A stretch of DNA of 64,000 bases from Zootoca vivipara (taxonomy: Eukaryota): contig NC_083289.1 in the NCBI RefSeq assembly GCF_963506605.1, forward strand, positions 44,888,001 through 44,952,000, written 5' to 3'. Below are positions 62,540 through 64,000 of this stretch, one piece after another. Both the position numbers and the translations under genes were made by a program. The notes below the pieces were generated by a model, which ran no database searches, was not told the origin of the DNA, and saw only the letters and a program-made list of their open reading frames with translations. How positions within the stretch are numbered: the first letter of the stretch is position 1; each line of letters starts with the position of its first letter.

Positions 62540-63001
62540 CTTGTCAGCAGAGAGGGGGGGAAATCTGGAAAAAATAAGGGAGTAATAAAATGTGTACCGC
62601 TATAAATTAGAGCACACCTTTTACATATTTTTGAACCAGGTGTCTGAATAGCCTAAGTTCTCCCCCATAGCATTAACAACCAAAAGACACCCTCCCATTT
62701 CCCTCTGGTTATCTGAACATATACTTTTTTATTAATTTGTTATTATTGTTTATTATTAAATTTATATACGTATCACCCTTCATCTGAAGATCACAGGGCA
62801 CTTTATAAGAAAACAAAATGCATAACATAACAACAACAATGCCCCCAGAAACATTTCAAAGGCCATAGATTGGCCTTTTAGCACCAGGGCAGCTCAACCT
62901 GGAAGGAGGTACCGCTTAATGTATCGGTGCCCAAGTCTATCGTTTCATGCAGTCATAGGGAACCTGTGGCTCTCTGGATGCTGCTGCTGGACACCAAATC
63001 C

Positions 63002-63297
63002 CAGGGCCAGATTTATGTATAAGCTAAAAAAGTTATAGCTTGGGGTCCCACTCTCTAGGGCCCCCCCAAAAAAATATTAAAGGAAAAAAAAACTGGATGT
63101 ACATTTCCAAAGTATAAGATAGAAAACAAATAAAATGGCTTTAGATACCTGTTACTGTAGGCCCATAAATTACCATATAGCATAGGTTCAACACAAAAAA
63201 CAGCGGCAATTTGTTGTTGACAAAGGGCAGCTGGAGATAAAAAGGACCCCATTACCTTCAGTAGCTTAGGGCCTCATCAAACCTAAATCCGGCCCTG
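63002..63297. mobile_element. hAT MITE in BUD31 intron 1
   Basis: TIR CAGGGCCAGATTTA / TAAATCCGGCCCTG; TSD CCAAATCC/CCAACTCC. Confidence 0.8.
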
Positions 63298-63489
63298 CCA
63301 ACTCCCTTCATCCCTGCTGGCCACGGTGGCCGGGACTAGTTAGAGTTAGGAATTCAGAAACACCCAGAGAGCAAGAGGTTCCCCAAGCCTGCTTTAATGG
63401 CTGCAGAGCAGGTAGAAATCCAACAAATGAAACCTTTGCCCGGCAGGATGCCATCATCATAAATTCCTGCCTGCCACACACCACTGGAG

Positions 63490-64000
63490 GCCCTTACCTT
63501 ACCCCAAAAAAGTGCGCCGGCCAGAAAGAGAACTCGTCAAATGAAGGGGCTGCGACCCCCACCCTCCCCTAGAGAGCCCCCAAAGAAAAAGCTCCTACGC
63601 TACTGGAGACTTGCTTCTTCCGAGCTCTTCCGCCTCCTCGAAGCTCTCCGTCGCCTCGCGATGACGTCTCCGCGACGAGAAAGGCCCTTTCTCGCGCTCG
63701 CGTCACGCTAAGGAGGTTCCCTCGGTGGCTGTCCTCGTCGACGCCTGTCTAGAAGTCACTCCACGGATGGCGGCCGGAGCCGCCAGGCGAGGCAGGCGGA
63801 CTGCTCGAAGCCTCTCTCGACGGACGCGGAGTGCGCTTTGTAATGCCGAGCTTTCCATCAGGCGGCGCCGCGGACAGCCGCCGCTTCCCTACGCTGGCAC
63901 CCCGCAAGCCAGGCCCCGAAGGCAGCGCGTGCCCGCCCGCCCGCGCACACGAAACGTGTGTCAGAGAGAGGCGCGCGGGGGGGGGCATAGACTTGAGCGT
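63490..64000. promoter_or_regulatory. BUD31 CpG-island promoter and non-coding first exon; probably shared with a divergent gene beyond the window (PDAP1 in human)
   Basis: CpG-rich; CRE-like TGACGTC near 63662; CTCGCG motifs; minus-strand GTAAG donors at 63497 and 63502. Confidence 0.75.

Noticed and set aside
63640-64000. PDAP1 first coding exon
   Set aside because: Expected from human gene order, but I saw no matching start sequence inside the window.

Overview
Vertebrate nuclear DNA, most likely a squamate and probably a lacertid lizard, judged from five Sauria/Squam1-type SINEs and BovB copies. The right half (32.5-64 kb) holds four spliced housekeeping genes in the same order as human: ATP5MF (+, 89 aa), CPSF4 (-, 269 aa), PTCD1 (+, 732 aa) and BUD31 (-, 144 aa). 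I reconstructed every coding exon by hand with GT-AG boundaries and consistent phases. CPSF4 and PTCD1 share a bidirectional CpG-island promoter, and a second CpG island ends the window. The left half has no recognisable host gene and is a dense, nested set of transposons: a young 5'-truncated L1 with an open 1195-codon ORF2, BovB, Penelope-like pieces, a solo LTR, a mariner relic and many hAT and Tc1/mariner MITEs, most with readable target-site duplications (TSDs). The most notable signal is three Penelope-like copies. Two carry a minimal hammerhead ribozyme. The third is an inverted insertion whose forward segment starts exactly at the predicted self-cleavage site, suggesting the cleaved ~100-nt RNA was itself retrotransposed. 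Comparisons to human genes and repeat families are from memory; no searches were run.
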